A stretch of DNA of 64,000 bases, taken from Bacilli bacterium (GTDB taxonomy: Bacteria; Bacillota_I; Bacilli_A; RFN20; CAG-826). Position 1 is the first letter of the stretch. Each line of letters starts with the position of its first letter. The stretch covers positions 96,001-160,000 of the forward strand of contig JAZQOV010000006.1 in NCBI GenBank assembly GCA_045628045.1, in the 5' to 3' direction. Positions 28,230 through 37,383 of the stretch are shown here, one piece after another. The translations under genes and the position numbers were made by a program. The notes beneath the pieces were generated by a model. That model was not told the DNA's origin. It saw nothing but the letters and a program-made list of their open reading frames with translations, and searched no databases.

Positions 28230-29614
28230 TGCCAGAATTACCAGAAGTAGAAACAGTAAAATCGGTATTAGAAGAGCTCACACTTGGTAAGAAAATCACA
28301 AGTGTTGATGTTTTAAGAAAGCAAACAATCGAAGGTGACACATCCGATTTTTGCAAAAAAGTAATAAATTCAACCATTACTTCTTTTGAAAGAATTGGCA
28401 AATTTATAATTTTCCATCTATCGAATAAAAATGTAATTATTTCCCACCTCAGAATGGAAGGAAAATATTTCCTTAAAAATGAGAACGAAAAAATCACAAA
28501 GCACGATTTAGTCGTTTTCCATTTCTCAGATAAAACAAAACTTTTATACAATGACACTCGAAGATTTGGAAGAATGAGTGTTGAAAATGAAACAAATTAT
28601 AAAGATGTTCCACCACTAAATCACGTTGGCCCAGATCCATTTATGATGAAAGACTCTTCACTATTAGTGAAATCTTTCAAAAATAAGTCAATTGCAATAA
28701 AAACTGCATTGCTTGATCAAAGCATTATGTCTGGTTTAGGAAACATTTATGTTGATGAAGTTTTATTTGCAACAAAAGTGCATCCTGAAACTCCAGCAAA
28801 AATAATCTCTAATAAAAAACTAGATGAAATTTGGAAACAATCAAAAGTTGTTCTTCAAAAAGCAATTGATGCTGGCGGATCAACAATCAAATCATATCAT
28901 CCAAGAGAAGGTATTTCTGGTAACTTCCAAGTCAATTTGAAAGTCTATGGCAAGAACAATTCCAAATGCCCTAACTGCGGAAATAATTTAAGAAAGATTT
29001 TTGTTAATGGAAGAGGAACAACTTATTGTCCTCATTGTCAAAAAAACCCAGGAATTCCACCACTTTTTGGAGTAACAGGTCCGATTGGAGCTGGAAAATC
29101 TACTGTTTCTAAGCTATTTGAAAAACATGACTTTTTGCATTTAGATTGTGATGAGATTGTTCATGATTTATATAAAACTAAAGAGGTTCAAACCAAACTT
29201 AAAAAAATAATTCCTGATCTTAAAATTAAGAATCACGACATCGATAGAGAATGGCTCAGAAACTATTTAATTGGAAATCCAAATAAGAAGAAACAACTTG
29301 AGAAAATCGTTCATAAAGAAGTTGTTGCTTTTGTAGAAAACGAACTCAAGCATTCAAAAAAGCCAATTGTTTTAGAAGCTGCATTTTTATTCGAAACCGA
29401 TCTTCATCTTTTGTGCGACAAAACTATTTATGTCTCAACAAATAAAGATAAACAAATCTCTAACTTAAAATCACGCAAAGTTGATGTTGAAAAATCACTT
29501 AAATTAAACTCAAATTACAATCATAAAAATATGAAAAAAGCGACACACATTATCATAAATGATAAAGATGTCGCTAATCTAGATAAACAAGTCGCAATTA
29601 TTTGCGGTAAATAG
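28229..29614 (+). CDS. mutM: Fused formamidopyrimidine-DNA glycosylase / dephospho-CoA kinase (MutM-CoaE)
   Basis: MPELPEVE, HLRMEG, GLGNIYVDE and Zn finger CPNC...CPHC, then in-frame GVTGPIGAGKST (CoaE P-loop), LDCDEIVH and DRE. Confidence 0.92.
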   Translation: MPELPEVETVKSVLEELTLGKKITSVDVLRKQTIEGDTSDFCKKVINSTITSFERIGKFIIFHLSNKNVIISHLRMEGKYFLKNENEKITKHDLVVFHFSDKTKLLYNDTRRFGRMSVENETNYKDVPPLNHVGPDPFMMKDSSLLVKSFKNKSIAIKTALLDQSIMSGLGNIYVDEVLFATKVHPETPAKIISNKKLDEIWKQSKVVLQKAIDAGGSTIKSYHPREGISGNFQVNLKVYGKNNSKCPNCGNNLRKIFVNGRGTTYCPHCQKNPGIPPLFGVTGPIGAGKSTVSKLFEKHDFLHLDCDEIVHDLYKTKEVQTKLKKIIPDLKIKNHDIDREWLRNYLIGNPNKKKQLEKIVHKEVVAFVENELKHSKKPIVLEAAFLFETDLHLLCDKTIYVSTNKDKQISNLKSRKVDVEKSLKLNSNYNHKNMKKATHIIINDKDVANLDKQVAIICGK

Positions 29615-30521
29615 AAGCTCCTGTTAGATCAAATTCTTTTTGGCACATATCTAGCAATAAATTGCCAAGTTGTTTTCCTCTAATTTCTCCACCATTTTTA
29701 CCAACAGAATATAGTTTTTGAATTTCTTTAATTGTGAATTCACTAGAGATAAAAGTCGCTCTTTCGTTATGACTTCTTTCATTTAAAACAGGAATAACAA
29801 TTTGATCTCTAATAAATTCGTTCTTATATTCTTGTCCAAAATCATCAATGACTAAAAGAGGTATATTTGAGAGCATTTCAATAGCTTTTTTGAAGCCTTC
29901 TTTATCAGAATACGCAATATCTGCTAATGTTTTAAATTGTTTTGAGGAGTTTATAATTGCCACTGGTCCGCGTCCCAATGCAACAAATTCATTTGCAAAT
30001 GTAACAAGAATGAATGATTTTCCAACCTTATGATTCCCAGTAACAAATAACCAACGATTGGATTTGCCTTTGGCAACATTTACAAATTCTTTTATAAGAG
30101 GGCGTCTATTTTCGCTTAAATCTAATTTTTTAACACGTGATTCTTTCCATTCTTCTGGGAAATCTTTTACAACGTACTTAGAATCAAGCTCCATGTGCTC
30201 CATCATCTTTTTACATGGTTCACTTCTAGTGGTAATGTATGAACCGTCTTTATAAACATACATTGAAATATGTCTATTTTGTTTTGGGCATTTTTCAAAA
30301 CCTGGACAGTTTTTGCAAACATTGAAGTCTTCTTGATAATCGGCGATTTTACCAATATTATCGCGAACTTCTTTATTTGTTAAACCTAAAGGTTTAAGAG
30401 ATTCGTAAACATCTTTATCAGATTTTAAAGAGGCTAAAAGTTGCTCAATAAGGGACTTTAAATCGACAGTTTTATCAATAATGTCTTTTTTATCGAATTC
30501 TTTAAGTTCATTATTTGCCAT
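29598..30521 (-). CDS. dnaI: Helicase loader DnaI
   Basis: N-terminal Zn-type Cys cluster (CKNC...C...C), Walker A variant GNHKVGKS, Walker B LLVIDDFGQE, IRDQI. Confidence 0.88.
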   Translation of the reverse strand: MANNELKEFDKKDIIDKTVDLKSLIEQLLASLKSDKDVYESLKPLGLTNKEVRDNIGKIADYQEDFNVCKNCPGFEKCPKQNRHISMYVYKDGSYITTRSEPCKKMMEHMELDSKYVVKDFPEEWKESRVKKLDLSENRRPLIKEFVNVAKGKSNRWLFVTGNHKVGKSFILVTFANEFVALGRGPVAIINSSKQFKTLADIAYSDKEGFKKAIEMLSNIPLLVIDDFGQEYKNEFIRDQIVIPVLNERSHNERATFISSEFTIKEIQKLYSVGKNGGEIRGKQLGNLLLDMCQKEFDLTGASIYRK

Positions 30522-31749
30522 TCTTTTTTACCTCCAATTCATTTAATAAATCATTCATCTCATCAAGTGAGATTTCATTGTCTTCACCAAATTCTTCTTT
30601 TGATTTGTTTAATAATTTCTTATTTTGCTTTCCACCAATGCGTTTTAAGTAGTTCATTGCATCAACTGTTGTAAGAACACCTTGTCTAGCAAGAGATGAT
30701 GCAATTTTCTCAGCATAATTTTTAGAAAGAATATTATTATTCTTATATAGTACATATTCGACTATTACATTGATTATTCCACTTCCAAATCCATAATCTT
30801 TTGAAAGTGAATTTACAATTTCAATATCACTTTTTGCAGGTTTAGTTCCTTGTTGTAAATATTGAAGGAATTTAGCAGGAGCGACTTCTTCCATCATTCT
30901 GATTTTATTAGCGAGTTCCGTATTACCAGAAACATTTGATTTAGAAATATTGTTAACTTGAGAGAATCTAATCTCTTTTTCACAATGATTTTTGATTTTT
31001 TCAAAATCTAAATGAGTAGATCCTTCAGTAATATATTCATCAATAATAATGAAGGCCATTTGTTTTTCGGCTAAACCGAATAAAGCAGCAAGTCTCGAGA
31101 TTTCTTTCATATCTTTCTTCTTAAAAGAAGAAACATCGATTCCAGAATTATCGCTTACATAGCCAAAAAATAAATCATAATTAAATTCAAGGTTAGCTCT
31201 TCCGTGATCTCTTCCAATAATTGTTCCACCAAATTCTTTTCTAAATGAAGGGTCGTCATAGTCGAGTTTATAGACATCAACAAATGATGCACTAATTTCT
31301 TTATATTCCTCTGGTATAACTAAATTTACTTTGTATTTATTAGCAAGGCGTTTAGCTTCTTTTTCACCAACGCTTAAGATTAGTAATCCTTTAAATAAAA
31401 CGTCATCAAAGAATGCTTTTGGCGATTTTGGAGAATAAATTACATAAATGTAACAACGCACATCTTCGGCCTTAGATTCATAAGTTCTAATTAACCCGAC
31501 GGCCTCTAAATATTTGCGTGCGCTATGGAATTCGCCAGCTCTAAATTGCATACTTTTAAGTAATTGTTCAGTTTTAAAAATATTTCCACCATCAGCATTT
31601 CTTGTCTGTCTTAAAAGTGTTAAGTAAAGGATTGTTGCTTGAGCACCAATAATTGGTTGATAAAGCTCAACAAGTGAATCCTTGTCAATATTAGTAATTA
31701 GAGATGCGACCCTTATTTCATAAAAGTCGTTTTTCGATACATAATCCAT
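30511..31749 (-). CDS. dnaB: Replication initiation / helicase co-loader DnaB (Firmicutes type)
   Basis: LYQPIIG, LEAVGLIRTY, IINVIVEYVL...NYAEKIA; paired with dnaI. Start revised to ATG 31749 (MDYVSK), 8 nt downstream of TTGAAA-17-TAGATT. Confidence 0.88.
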   Translation of the reverse strand: MDYVSKNDFYEIRVASLITNIDKDSLVELYQPIIGAQATILYLTLLRQTRNADGGNIFKTEQLLKSMQFRAGEFHSARKYLEAVGLIRTYESKAEDVRCYIYVIYSPKSPKAFFDDVLFKGLLILSVGEKEAKRLANKYKVNLVIPEEYKEISASFVDVYKLDYDDPSFRKEFGGTIIGRDHGRANLEFNYDLFFGYVSDNSGIDVSSFKKKDMKEISRLAALFGLAEKQMAFIIIDEYITEGSTHLDFEKIKNHCEKEIRFSQVNNISKSNVSGNTELANKIRMMEEVAPAKFLQYLQQGTKPAKSDIEIVNSLSKDYGFGSGIINVIVEYVLYKNNNILSKNYAEKIASSLARQGVLTTVDAMNYLKRIGGKQNKKLLNKSKEEFGEDNEISLDEMNDLLNELEVKKNGK

Positions 31750-31823
31750 TGTGAAATAATCTATCAAAAATCAGGCTAATTTTCAATCAAAAAGTTTCGA
31801 TGAATTCAGCACTTTTTTGAAAT

Positions 31824-31917
31824 TGTGGATAACTTATACACACGCTAGTAATTTCTTTCTCACATTTTATCGAGTATTTTTATATCGTTAACAAAGTTAT
31901 CCACAGACTTACCCACA
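31824..31917. promoter_or_regulatory. DnaA-box cluster (4-5 boxes)
   Basis: TGTGGATAA 31824-32, TTATACACA 31834-42 and TTATCCACA 31897-905 fit TTWTNCACA. TTACCCACA 31909-17 and TTTCTCACA 31856-64 carry one mismatch. Confidence 0.85.
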
Positions 31918-31965
31918 AAGAAAAATATTTATTTTTAATAAGAGAAAATTGTATAATGTTTTTGT

Positions 31966-32805
31966 ATGAAGAAGTATTTAGCATTTGACATTGGGGCTAC
32001 AAACACTCGTTTAGCACTCGTTAATGAATCTTTTGTAATAGAAGATCAATTAATCACAAACACACCTTTAAATGATGAAAGAAAATTCATGGATAATTGT
32101 CTTGAAATGATAGGCAAATTTCCACTTGAAAATGTTGTCGCAATTGGAGCAGGAGTTCCAGGCGTTGTCGATAGAGAAAAAGGCGTTATTTTAGACCTCC
32201 CAAATGTGTATATAAAAAATGTTAAATTTTCAGAAGAAATTTTTAAAAAATATCATCTTCCAGTCTTCCTTAGAAATGATGCTGAGGTTGCATGTTTAGG
32301 CGAAGCCTATTGTGGAGCTGGTAAGAAGTTTGATAGAGTGTTTTTTATCACTATTTCTACTGGTCTTGGCGGAGCACTTTGTGTTGATAAAAAATGTCAA
32401 GATTATGTGACCGAAGTTGGGCATACTCTTTTTAGTTACAAAAACACTGTTCAAGAGTACTCAATAATCACTGGTAGAAAACTGGAAAATTTCGCTAAAC
32501 TTAATGGCATAAATCTTTCTGAACCAAAAGAGATTTTTAAGTTAATGAGAAATGGTTCTAAACAAGGCGAAATGCTTAAAAAAGAATGGATTTCTATTCT
32601 TGATTCCTTTATTAAATTAATGAAGAACTCTTATTTACCAGATGTCATTTGTATGACTGGCGGATTTATGAAAGATAAAGACTTATTTTTTGATGAAATC
32701 ATCTCATTAAATAAAGATGTTTATATCACTGAATGTGAGTTCGAAACAAAGGCTGGAATTATTGGTGCTGCAGCATACGCAATGCAATGCTTAAAAATAA
32801 TTTGA
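31966..32805 (+). CDS. ROK-family sugar kinase (probable glucokinase)
   Basis: DIGATN, GVPGVVD, NDAEVACLGE, ISTGLGG, EVGH, AGIIGAA. Confidence 0.88.
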   Translation: MKKYLAFDIGATNTRLALVNESFVIEDQLITNTPLNDERKFMDNCLEMIGKFPLENVVAIGAGVPGVVDREKGVILDLPNVYIKNVKFSEEIFKKYHLPVFLRNDAEVACLGEAYCGAGKKFDRVFFITISTGLGGALCVDKKCQDYVTEVGHTLFSYKNTVQEYSIITGRKLENFAKLNGINLSEPKEIFKLMRNGSKQGEMLKKEWISILDSFIKLMKNSYLPDVICMTGGFMKDKDLFFDEIISLNKDVYITECEFETKAGIIGAAAYAMQCLKII

Positions 32806-32830
32806 TATTAATTCAAATTAGTAATACACT
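32802..32830 (+). promoter_or_regulatory. sigmaA promoter of thrS
   Basis: TTGATA-17 nt-TACACT. Confidence 0.65.
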
Positions 32831-32836
32831 ATATGT

Positions 32837-33050
32837 GCTAAGACGAAGACACGTTAAAGAAAACTTCTTATTTAGAGAGGGAACGTAAGGTGAAAGGTTC
32901 CTATAAGAAATTCATTAATACCACTTCCGAGCTTCTATAAACCAATATAGACGAATAACTCCCGTTAAGAGTACTTGAGAGTATAACTTGTAGTTATAAA
33001 TTAAGGTGGTACCGCGTTAATAGCGTCCTTAAACAAGGGCGCTTTTTATT
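32837..33050 (+). ncRNA. T-box riboswitch (Thr)
   Basis: AGAGA and GGTGAAAG stem I boxes; specifier ACC at 32920-22; T-box AATTAAGGTGGTACCGCG (~32999-33016); terminator AGCGTCCTT-AAAC-AAGGGCGCT-TTTT. Confidence 0.93.
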
Positions 33051-33069
33051 TACTTTAGGAGGTAAAAAT

Positions 33070-34803
33070 ATGACCGACTTTGAAAAACTTAATCACTCAA
33101 CTTCTCACCTTATGGCTGAAGCAATTTCACACCTCTATCCAGGTGCAAAATTTGGCTTTGGTCCTGCAATTGAAGAAGGATTCTACTATGACGTAGACTT
33201 CCCAACTGCAATCACAGAAGAAGATCTTCCTGCAATTGAAAAAGAAATGCACAAGATTGCAGCAAAGAATGAAAAATTTGTAAAAGAAGTTGTCACAAAA
33301 GAAGAAGCAAAGAAATTATTTAAGGACAATCCTTATAAATTAGAATTAATCGATGGTTTTGAAGGTGAAATTTCCATCTATCGCCAAGGCGAATGGTTCG
33401 ATTTATGTAAAGGTGACCACGTTGAATCAACAGGAAAGATTCAAAACTTTAAACTAACCACAATTGCTGGTGCTTATTGGAGAGGTGACTCAAAAAATAA
33501 ACAACTTGTTAGAATTTACGGAACTTCTTGGCCATCAAGAAAAGAGCTTGAAGACTATTTAAAAATGATTGAAGAAAGAAAAGCAAGAGACCACAGAAAA
33601 CTTGGAAAAGAACTTGGTTTATTCATGCTTTCTGAATTTGGTCCAGGACTTCCATTCTGGCTTCCAAACGGTATGATTGTTCGTACTGAACTCGAAAATA
33701 TGTGGAAAGAGGTTCATAGAAAATATGATTACATGTTAGTAGATACACCAATTATGCTTTCCAAAGAACTTTGGATTACATCTGGTCACTGGGATCACTA
33801 CAAAGACAACATGTTCACCACCGAAGTTGAAGAAAAAGAATTTGCTATTAAACCAATGAACTGCCCAGGTTCAATTCTTTGTTATAAGAATGATTTACAT
33901 TCTTATCGTGAGCTTCCACTTCGTTATGCTGAGCTCGGGCACGTTCATAGATTTGAAGCATCAGGCGCATTAAACGGACTCTTCCGTGTGCGTGGATTTA
34001 CTCAAGATGATGCCCATACATTTGTTCGTCCAGATCAAATTGAATCTGAAATTAGATCGATCTTGAAACTTTATGATGAAATCTATTCAATGTTTGGTCT
34101 TGAATACAAAATTGAATTATCAACTCGTCCAGAAGAAGGCTACATTGGCTCAATTGATATTTGGAACGAATCTGAAAGAATTCTTAAAGAAGTTTGCGAA
34201 GCAAGCGGTAAAGAATTTAAGATCAATCCAGGTGATGGCGCATTCTATGGTCCAAAACTTGACTTCAAAGTTAGAGACTGTATGAACCGTGTATGGCAAT
34301 GTGGAACAATTCAACTCGATATGAACTTACCAGAAAGGTTCGATGTTTCTTACATTGATGAAAAAGGTGAAAAAGCTCGTCCAGTTATGATCCACCGTGC
34401 TTGCTTTGGTTCAATTGAAAGATTCATCGGAATTATTATTGAAAACTTTGACGGAGCATTCCCACTTTGGATGTCTCCAGAGCAAGTTAGAGTTCTTCCA
34501 GTTAACAACGATTTCCATCTTGAAAAAGCAACTGAAATTGTTAATTCATTAAAGAAACTTGGCATTCGTGCATCTTTAGATGCAGGTGAAGACAAGCTTG
34601 GCTATAGAATGAGAAATGCTCAAGTTAAGAAAGTTCCTTACACCGTTGTCATTGGTGACCACGAAAGAGATGAAGGAACTGTCACATATCGTCACTTTGG
34701 TTGCAAAGCTCAACACACTGTTAAACTTGAAGAATTCGTCGAAATGTTAAAAGGCGAAATTTCTTCAAGAGCCTTGCCAAAATACGAAGAAGATCAAAAA
34801 TAG
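33070..34803 (+). CDS. thrS: Threonine--tRNA ligase (lacks N-terminal TGS domain)
   Basis: HSTSHLMA, DLCKGDH, GAYWRGD, RDHRKLG, KPMNCPG, GAFYGPK, HRACFGSIERF. Confidence 0.97.
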   Translation: MTDFEKLNHSTSHLMAEAISHLYPGAKFGFGPAIEEGFYYDVDFPTAITEEDLPAIEKEMHKIAAKNEKFVKEVVTKEEAKKLFKDNPYKLELIDGFEGEISIYRQGEWFDLCKGDHVESTGKIQNFKLTTIAGAYWRGDSKNKQLVRIYGTSWPSRKELEDYLKMIEERKARDHRKLGKELGLFMLSEFGPGLPFWLPNGMIVRTELENMWKEVHRKYDYMLVDTPIMLSKELWITSGHWDHYKDNMFTTEVEEKEFAIKPMNCPGSILCYKNDLHSYRELPLRYAELGHVHRFEASGALNGLFRVRGFTQDDAHTFVRPDQIESEIRSILKLYDEIYSMFGLEYKIELSTRPEEGYIGSIDIWNESERILKEVCEASGKEFKINPGDGAFYGPKLDFKVRDCMNRVWQCGTIQLDMNLPERFDVSYIDEKGEKARPVMIHRACFGSIERFIGIIIENFDGAFPLWMSPEQVRVLPVNNDFHLEKATEIVNSLKKLGIRASLDAGEDKLGYRMRNAQVKKVPYTVVIGDHERDEGTVTYRHFGCKAQHTVKLEEFVEMLKGEISSRALPKYEEDQK

Positions 34804-34849
34804 TTGACAACACTTATTAAGTGTAGTTAAATAATTGTCGCAGATAACG

Positions 34850-34965
34850 TAGAAAGAAGAGCGCCCAACGCTTCTCACCAGATCGATTAATCGATTGGTA
34901 CATGCTACAGTCTAAAAACAAATTTTATGACTTTAGAACGGGCGCAATTCGTGCCCGTTTTCTTG
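34850..34965 (+). ncRNA. L20 leader (infC-rpmI-rplT attenuator)
   Basis: AGAAG...CGCTTCTCACC motif and terminator AACGGGCGC-AATTC-GTGCCCGTT-TTCTT upstream of infC; TTGACA at 34804. Confidence 0.75.
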
Positions 34966-34983
34966 TGTTAGGAGGATAAATTT

Positions 34984-35538
34984 ATAAATAACTATCCAAA
35001 TCAAGGACAACAACGTCCACAAAAACAAAACCAAGATCTCATTAATGAAAGAGTAAGATTCCCAGAAGTTCTTCTTATTGGCGCAAATGGCGAACAATTA
35101 GGAAAGATGTCTTCTCGTGATGCTTACCAACATGCAGTTGAAGCTGATTTAGACCTCGTTTGTGTTGCTCCAAACGCACAACCACCAGTTTGTAAATTAC
35201 TAAACTATGGTAAATATCGTTATGAACAACAAAAGAAGGCTAAAGAATCTAAGAAAAATCAACATATCGTTGAAATAAAAGAAATTCAACTCACTCCACA
35301 AATTGGTCAACATGATATTGATACCAAAGCTAAGGCAGCAAGACGCTTCTTAGAAGATGGTAACAAAGTTAAAGTTGGCGTTAGATATCGTGGAAGACAA
35401 ATGTCACATGCTGAGATCGGTGAAGAAGTTATGAATAAATTTATTGCCTCACTTGAAGATGTTGCCTCTATTGAAAAGGCTCCATTTATGGAAGGCAAAT
35501 GGTTAAATGCAGTTTTAGCATCAAAATGTAAAAAGTAG
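34984..35538 (+). CDS. infC: Translation initiation factor IF-3, non-AUG start (ATA)
   Basis: The frame is open upstream of the listed ATG 35107 through the conserved INERVR...VLLIG. GGAGG at 34971-75 lies 8 nt before an in-frame ATA at 34984. Confidence 0.9.
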   Translation: MNNYPNQGQQRPQKQNQDLINERVRFPEVLLIGANGEQLGKMSSRDAYQHAVEADLDLVCVAPNAQPPVCKLLNYGKYRYEQQKKAKESKKNQHIVEIKEIQLTPQIGQHDIDTKAKAARRFLEDGNKVKVGVRYRGRQMSHAEIGEEVMNKFIASLEDVASIEKAPFMEGKWLNAVLASKCKK

Positions 35539-35550
35539 GAGGAAAACAGC

Positions 35551-35742
35551 ATGCCAAAAATGAAAACAAAAAGAGCACTTGCTAAAAGAGTCAAAGTTAC
35601 AGGCTCCGGTCAATTAAAAAGACACAGTGCTTACACATCACACCTTGCACCACGCAAGACAACAAAACAAAAAAGACATTTAAGAAAGGCTTCACTCGTC
35701 GATAAGACAGACTTAAAGAGAGTAAAGACTTTAATTCAATAG
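35551..35742 (+). CDS. rpmI: 50S ribosomal protein L35
   Basis: MPKMKTK...KRVKVTGSG. Confidence 0.97.
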   Translation: MPKMKTKRALAKRVKVTGSGQLKRHSAYTSHLAPRKTTKQKRHLRKASLVDKTDLKRVKTLIQ

Positions 35743-35755
35743 GAGGTAGGTAACA

Positions 35756-36109
35756 ATGGCTAGAGTAAAAAACAGTGTTGCAACACGCGCACGTAGACAC
35801 AAAGTCTTAAAGAGAGCTAAAGGTTACTTCGGAAGTAAACACCTCTTATTCAAGACAGCAAAAGAACAAGTTCTCCACTCACTTCGTTATTCCTACAATG
35901 ACCGTAGAGATTTAAAGAGTGACATGAGAAAACTCTGGATCAAGAGAATCAACGCAGCTTGCCGTACATACGATATCAGCTACTCAAGATTCATCAATGG
36001 TCTTAACAAAGCAAACATCAAAGTTAATAGAAAGATGCTTGCAGAACTTGCAATTAACGATCCAAAAGCATTTGAAGATTTAGTAAAAATTGCAAAGAAA
36101 GCAAAATAA
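35756..36109 (+). CDS. rplT: 50S ribosomal protein L20
   Basis: MARVK...AKGYFG...LWIKRINAA...NRKMLAELA. Confidence 0.97.
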   Translation: MARVKNSVATRARRHKVLKRAKGYFGSKHLLFKTAKEQVLHSLRYSYNDRRDLKSDMRKLWIKRINAACRTYDISYSRFINGLNKANIKVNRKMLAELAINDPKAFEDLVKIAKKAK

Positions 36110-36116
36110 ATTGCAC

Positions 36117-36144
36117 AAGGAACCGATTGGTTCCTTTTCTTTTT
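36117..36144 (+). terminator. Intrinsic terminator after rplT
   Basis: AAGGAACC-GATT-GGTTCCTT followed by TTCTTTTT. Confidence 0.85.
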
Positions 36145-36169
36145 GGTTTGTATTTGTTATTATTAAAAT

Positions 36170-36715
36170 ATGAAACAAGATTTAAGAACATTTATTGGTA
36201 AAGACGAAAAAATATTATGGCAAGGAAAACCGGTTAAAAAGTGCTTTATTTTAGAAAGTATTATTAATCCACTTTTACCATTTGCTATTATCTGGGCATT
36301 AATTGATGGCTTAGTTATTTTTGAAACAGCATTTGCAGACAAAACTGCTGCCGCAATTATTCTTCCTTTCATGTTACTTCACATGATGCCTGTCTGGATT
36401 TATATCGGAAGTATTTTCTTTTGTTTAATTAGATATAAAAAATTCGATTATATTATTACAGACAAATGCGTCTATGTAGGCGCAGGCCTATTCTCATATC
36501 AATTTCAAATGAAATCATTTGCGGAATTAAATTCAATTTCAATGCATAGAGGAATATTTGACCAAATGTGTAAATGTGGAGATATTATTTTTGAAATCCC
36601 TGACGCTAAAATGCAAATAATAAACATTCCTGATTATCAAGAAGTTTATAAATTAATAATTGATCAACAACATAAAGTCCACCAAGATACACAATTTCCG
36701 AACAAACTTAGATAA
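36170..36715 (+). CDS. Membrane protein with bacterial PH (bPH_2-like) domain
   Basis: EKILWQGKP, 2 TM segments, YIITDK, RGIFDQMCKCGDI. Confidence 0.7.
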   Translation: MKQDLRTFIGKDEKILWQGKPVKKCFILESIINPLLPFAIIWALIDGLVIFETAFADKTAAAIILPFMLLHMMPVWIYIGSIFFCLIRYKKFDYIITDKCVYVGAGLFSYQFQMKSFAELNSISMHRGIFDQMCKCGDIIFEIPDAKMQIINIPDYQEVYKLIIDQQHKVHQDTQFPNKLR

Positions 36716-36717
36716 AT

Positions 36718-36747
36718 AAAAAAGCTCCCATAGGGAGCTTATTTTTT
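36718..36747. terminator. Bidirectional terminator between convergent genes
   Basis: A-tract, AAGCTCCC-ATA-GGGAGCTT, T-tract. Confidence 0.85.
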
Positions 36748-36754
36748 AGATTAT

Positions 36755-37369
36755 TTATTTTGCCTCAATCACGCCTTCCGATTCAGCCTTAACCTCATCG
36801 AAGAAATGGATTCTAGCCATTTGATGATATGGTTCAACCCATAAAAGTCCAATGCCAAAGCATAAAGAACCTAAAATATACCAACCAATAAATGATAAAT
36901 CTAAACAAAATAATTCCCATTTATGACCATTCATCATATTTCTAGATTTGGTTATAGCATCATTTGCAGAAATATTTATATCATCATTCATTATGAAAAA
37001 TGTCATTGCATAAGAATATGATTTAACAAGTCCAGGAATGACAAATAACATTGTCCACAAAGCTTCATAAATGGAAACTAATAATCCAGCGATTATATTT
37101 CTGCCAGCATCATTTTTAAAACCATCGACAATAACGTTTCCGATATCGACTTTAGTTGTCTCTTTTCTTGCCACTCTAATAAATCCTCTAGTCATAGCAT
37201 AGGTTAAAGGACCTAAAACAATTAATGTTCCTGCTATGGTAAAACCAAGCGCTGCTTCAATCAAGCTAACCACTAGTAGTGCAAGTAGTGCGTAAAGCCA
37301 AACATCACCAAATATTTTGTGACCAAGACTTTCGCGAGCTTTTGCTCTCAATTCTTTTGATTTACTCAT
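36755..37369 (-). CDS. DUF975-family membrane protein
   Basis: ELRAKARESL, LWTMLFVIPGLVKSYSYAM, SRNMMNGHKWELFCLDLSFIGW. Confidence 0.88.
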   Translation of the reverse strand: MSKSKELRAKARESLGHKIFGDVWLYALLALLVVSLIEAALGFTIAGTLIVLGPLTYAMTRGFIRVARKETTKVDIGNVIVDGFKNDAGRNIIAGLLVSIYEALWTMLFVIPGLVKSYSYAMTFFIMNDDINISANDAITKSRNMMNGHKWELFCLDLSFIGWYILGSLCFGIGLLWVEPYHQMARIHFFDEVKAESEGVIEAK

Positions 37370-37383
37370 AAATTTTCTCCTTT

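Noticed and set aside
28177-28557. 126-aa antisense ORF, and similar shadows at 50208-50567, 55341-55676 and 35307-35594
   Set aside because: Antisense to well-conserved genes, with no SD or recognisable motifs.
31824-31950. oriC
   Set aside because: No dnaA/dnaN/rpmH nearby, no clear DnaA-trio repeats and no lasting switch in gene orientation. Kept only as a DnaA-box cluster.
33070-33100. thrS as a 5'-truncated pseudogene
   Set aside because: TGS-less ThrRS is a known form; strong SD, T-box, and editing and catalytic motifs are all intact.
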